From Acidimicrobiales bacterium (GTDB lineage Bacteria; Actinomycetota; Acidimicrobiia; Acidimicrobiales; RAAP-2): 64,000 nt of DNA. A program made the position numbers and the translations under genes. Shown in pieces: positions 63,813 to 64,000 of the stretch (positions are counted from its first letter, which is position 1; every line of letters starts with the position of its first letter). The stretch covers positions 10,741-74,740 of the forward strand of contig DATDHU010000154.1 in NCBI GenBank assembly GCA_036521415.1, given 5' to 3'. The notes beneath the pieces are model-generated. The model worked only from the letters and a program-made list of their open reading frames with translations, ran no database searches and was not told where the DNA came from.

Positions 63813-64000
63813 CTAGGCGTTGAGGCTATCGACGGCACCGACAATGTCGCCGAAGACGACCTCAACGGGCCGCTCGCCATCGATGTTTATGAGTATGCCG
63901 CGCCGCTCATAAAAGACGAGAAGGGGCTCCGTCTCCGTCTCGAACACGTCGAAACGATGGGCAATGCGAGTTTCATCATCGTCCGTACGCTGTTCGAGGG
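63813..64000 (-). CDS. adk: adenylate kinase, C-terminal fragment (the start lies beyond the right window edge)
   Basis: Absent from the ORF track. Reverse translation gives ..LEQRTDDDETRIAHRFDVFETETEPLLVFYERRGILINIDGERPVEVVFGDIVGAVDSLNA*, with the stop at 63813-63815. Confidence 0.75.
   Translation of the reverse strand, partial: LEQRTDDDETRIAHRFDVFETETEPLLVFYERRGILINIDGERPVEVVFGDIVGAVDSLNA

Noticed and set aside
1-64000. Search for tRNA/rRNA genes, IS elements, integrases and recombinases
   Set aside because: No T-loop-like GGTTCGA(A/T)TCC contexts or rRNA-like stretches were noticed in the few intergenic gaps over 150 nt. No transposase or integrase motifs appear in any frame. This was scanned by eye only and needs tRNAscan, Infernal and ISfinder to be certain.

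Overview
High-GC, densely coding chromosomal segment of actinobacterial type, with about 70 genes. Supporting signs are many leaderless starts, 4-nt ATGA/GTGA start-stop overlaps and several F420-type enzyme families. I saw no rRNA, tRNA, CRISPR array, transposase or integrase. Two genes run off the window edges and are absent from the ORF track: dxs on the left and adk on the right. Many long ORFs in the track are antisense or out-of-frame shadows of real genes.

Layout:
- 1-10.4 kb: one tightly coupled minus-strand hopanoid operon, hpnC-hpnD-hpnE-polyprenyl synthase-shc-hpnG::ispH fusion-hpnH-dxs. A MerR+TetR double-HTH regulator and AT-rich palindromes lie just upstream.
- 11.8-36.3 kb: an accessory-looking mix.
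  - Three DHA2-type MFS pumps, each with a TetR, MerR or MarR partner.
  - An Xre/DUF2384-RES toxin-antitoxin pair.
  - A decayed secreted repeat protein.
  - A Pro/Thr-rich protein next to a large orphan membrane protein.
  - Assorted oxidoreductases.
- 36.4-39.4 kb: a 5'-truncated, frameshifted M20 amidohydrolase gene abuts a three-gene module. The module is an atypical DAC (DisA_N) domain protein, a 130-aa unknown and an MTAN/HpnG-like nucleosidase. This is my best candidate for an undescribed system.
- 39.6-43.1 kb: xylose-type sugar ABC transporter.
- 43.1-51.5 kb: small redox and sigma-regulation genes, plus an AT-richer patch of orphan ORFs.
- 51.6-53.2 kb: acyl-CoA synthetase broken by two frameshifts.
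- 53.2-63.5 kb: a 10-gene coupled P450/ferredoxin/CoA-transferase/thiolase-like catabolic operon with a divergent alcohol dehydrogenase.

Short in-frame and intergenic tandem repeats (14, 17, 18, 21 and 27 bp) recur through the window.
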